Shown here: piece by piece, positions 62,325 through 64,000 of the stretch
Position numbering within the stretch: the stretch's first letter is position 1
Layout of the letters: each line of letters starts with the position of its first letter
The notes under the pieces: generated by a model
What the model was told of the DNA's origin: nothing
What the model saw: the letters and a program-made list of their open reading frames with translations, nothing else
The model's database searches: none
Made by a program: the position numbers and the translations under genes
Virus record (IMG/VR): IMGVR_UViG_3300019487_000001
Span: 1-64,000 of that record
Direction: 5' to 3' (one strand)
DNA length: 64,000 bases
From: a virus

Positions 62325-62720
62325 ATGATGGATTTACTTTTACCAATTATAACTAGCCCGTTCGCCCCTTGGGGGTTGTGTTTTATTACCATACTGTGGG
62401 TAGGGCATCGTGCGAACTACAAGATACATCGGATGATGTTTCATAGGCGTGAGCTTGAAAGACGTATAGACACACTAAGTAGCGAAGTTGCTACCTTGAA
62501 CCAACAGGCGCGAATTATGGCTGATGCCGTGTCGGGTTACCACGAGATTGGTCGTGGCCTTAGTGAGCTTGAAAGGACTATTCCTTGGCAGGAGCTACAG
62601 GTTGCAGTAAGGACATATGTGCAGGCCGAGAGAGCAAGGATTGGGGCTGAAGCGGTGGAAAGGGACCGATCAGAAGGAAGCCCACCCTCCGGCAGGTTTG
62701 GAAATTTAGTTGACGGCTAG
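62325..62720 (+). CDS. membrane-anchored coiled-coil protein with C-terminal RFxxL motif
   Basis: N-terminal TM segment. Ends ..PPSGRFGNLVDG. Confidence 0.6.
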   Translation: MMDLLLPIITSPFAPWGLCFITILWVGHRANYKIHRMMFHRRELERRIDTLSSEVATLNQQARIMADAVSGYHEIGRGLSELERTIPWQELQVAVRTYVQAERARIGAEAVERDRSEGSPPSGRFGNLVDG

Positions 62721-62777
62721 GTTTTTGTGTGTTATAGTTTTTAGATTATTACGAATCTTGTAACACATGGAGGTTTT

Positions 62778-63134
62778 ATGTCGCAAGAAGATGTTGTCGC
62801 AGGGCACCGATTTACGATTACTGATGATGATCCGAATCCAACGATCTCAGCTCGAGAGTTTGTGGACTTTGGTTACCTGCAGGAGTTGAATCGAAATTTT
62901 TTAGCTCCGCTTGGTCTGGTTATGGAGATAGCGCCGCCGAACGATGAAGAGCGAAGTTTGGGTGAATTGAAAATTTTTGATTTTAGAAAATCTCCCGAGA
63001 GGGCGATTTTACCAGTGAGTCAGCTTGATTCACAAAAGGCCGAAAATGTGAGCTCCGCACTTGATCTTGCCGGATCGAGAAGGTTACAGCAATTAGGGTT
63101 TTTGTATCAACCGATGCCGAGCGATAAAGTTTAA
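62778..63134 (+). CDS. hypothetical protein
   Basis: 118-aa ORF after GGAGG. Confidence 0.55.
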   Translation: MSQEDVVAGHRFTITDDDPNPTISAREFVDFGYLQELNRNFLAPLGLVMEIAPPNDEERSLGELKIFDFRKSPERAILPVSQLDSQKAENVSSALDLAGSRRLQQLGFLYQPMPSDKV

Positions 63135-63171
63135 GTTCCCACCCCGATTGCTCCTTGGGGTGACAACAGCG

Positions 63172-63210
63172 GCCCGCGTTATCAGTTATAGGTAACGCGG
63201 GCTTTATTTT
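63172..63210 (+). terminator. intrinsic terminator of the rightward operon
   Basis: gcccgcgtt..aacgcgggc 9-bp stem followed by tttatttt. Confidence 0.7.
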
Positions 63211-63756
63211 CTCTGCAGGGGGTGTTACATGCTGCCTCTTGTGTTCGGGATTCGGAATTCTATAGCCTGAGGTCGCCGAATCCTAGTATACATGAACTCG
63301 GGCAATTACTTCTGTTCTCACGTCTGTTTGTGTTGTTGACCGAATCATGGAGCTCCGCGATGTAAGCGTGTATATCCTTCATGGTTTGCGAGACTGAATG
63401 GATTAGCGGCTACTTCTAGGCCAGGTATCTCGCGGTGAGACACTCGTATAGTAACGGGGAGATTCGTGATCACTTGCCTCGTTATTGTAAGTACCGTGCG
63501 ACAGGTGCTTGCGGCGATTTAGGATCACATATATTATGATGATACGCGTTTTTGCAAAAACGGGTCTCGTTTTTAGAGGCCCAAAAGAATGACCTCCAGA
63601 GGGGGATCTATCCTATCCGGAAGGCCCGTCAGGGCGACAGGGTATGAATAAAATCATCCAATCCCGGATTCTCTCTCTGTCATAAGCCCCATATAGGCTT
63701 GTCTAGTAGTTTTTCCACTCCCACGTCCCTGGGTCGGGAGTGGTGTATTTTGTGGA

Positions 63757-64000
63757 TTAGCTTATTTGACCCGAGATTTGATAGTAGGGTCTAGGTGGGT
63801 ACCAATAGCCGAAATTAGCATAGTCTTCTTCTCTGCACTCTTCATATGACAACTGTCGTTGTTCTAGTGAACGATAGTACATAGATCGATCATCGAAATC
63901 GATTTCATTAAATTCAAATCCATAATAGCACAACAAGGCTAGCCATAACAATCTACCCGAACGTCCGTTGCCGTCGCGGAACGGGTGAAGTGTCTCAAAC
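63757..64000 (-). CDS. Fic/DOC family protein, C-terminal part (5' end beyond the window)
   Basis: The frame is open to the window edge and reads ..HPFRDGNGRSGRLL, the Fic motif HxFx(D/E)GNGRxxR. Confidence 0.8.
   Translation of the reverse strand, partial: FETLHPFRDGNGRSGRLLWLALLCYYGFEFNEIDFDDRSMYYRSLEQRQLSYEECREEDYANFGYWYPPRPYYQISGQIS

Overview
The window reads as the early/auxiliary-gene arm of a large tailed dsDNA phage or prophage of a Gram-negative host. About 120 tightly packed ORFs lie almost entirely on the minus strand from 1 to ~60.26 kb. A ~1 kb gene-free divergent control region follows, then a short plus-strand operon (61.3-63.1 kb) and a truncated minus-strand Fic gene at the right edge. 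No capsid, tail, terminase or replicative polymerase genes are visible.

Recognisable content:
- DNA metabolism/repair: family-4 UDG, dUTPase, OB-fold SSB, Whirly-like SSB, SRAP/YedK, DEDDh exonuclease, DHH phosphoesterase, ParB-like protein.
- RNA-centred functions: CCA-adding enzyme, intein-bearing RlaP-like nucleotidyltransferase, cold-shock protein, RRM protein, SpoVG, macro domain, NADAR, SLOG/DUF2493, cREC-like domain, HAD-like gene.
- A split HldE-like heptose kinase/nucleotidyltransferase plus transaldolase, cupin, aldolase and HAD genes.
- Envelope proteins: collagen-like lipoprotein, HExxH lipoproteins, OMP-like protein, secreted serine protease, lytic transglycosylase.
- An AAA+/DUF1257/DUF2997 trio.

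Most unusual signals:
1. A stand-alone retron/Abi-like reverse transcriptase sits in a SpoVG-Csp-RT-metallophosphoesterase-NADAR operon, behind a promoter overlapped by twin palindromes.
2. About 2 kb of ORF-poor, GC/purine-skewed sequence (57.7-60.1 kb) is packed with perfect hairpins whose loops are strand-polar c-GNA-g triloops.
3. An extreme C-terminal peptide motif R-F-x-x-L is shared by at least 12 otherwise unrelated small proteins, plus one hidden frameshifted mini-ORF.
4. A LAGLIDADG intein.
5. An in-frame TAG inside a HAD-like gene.

All family calls come from motif recognition by eye. No database search was run.
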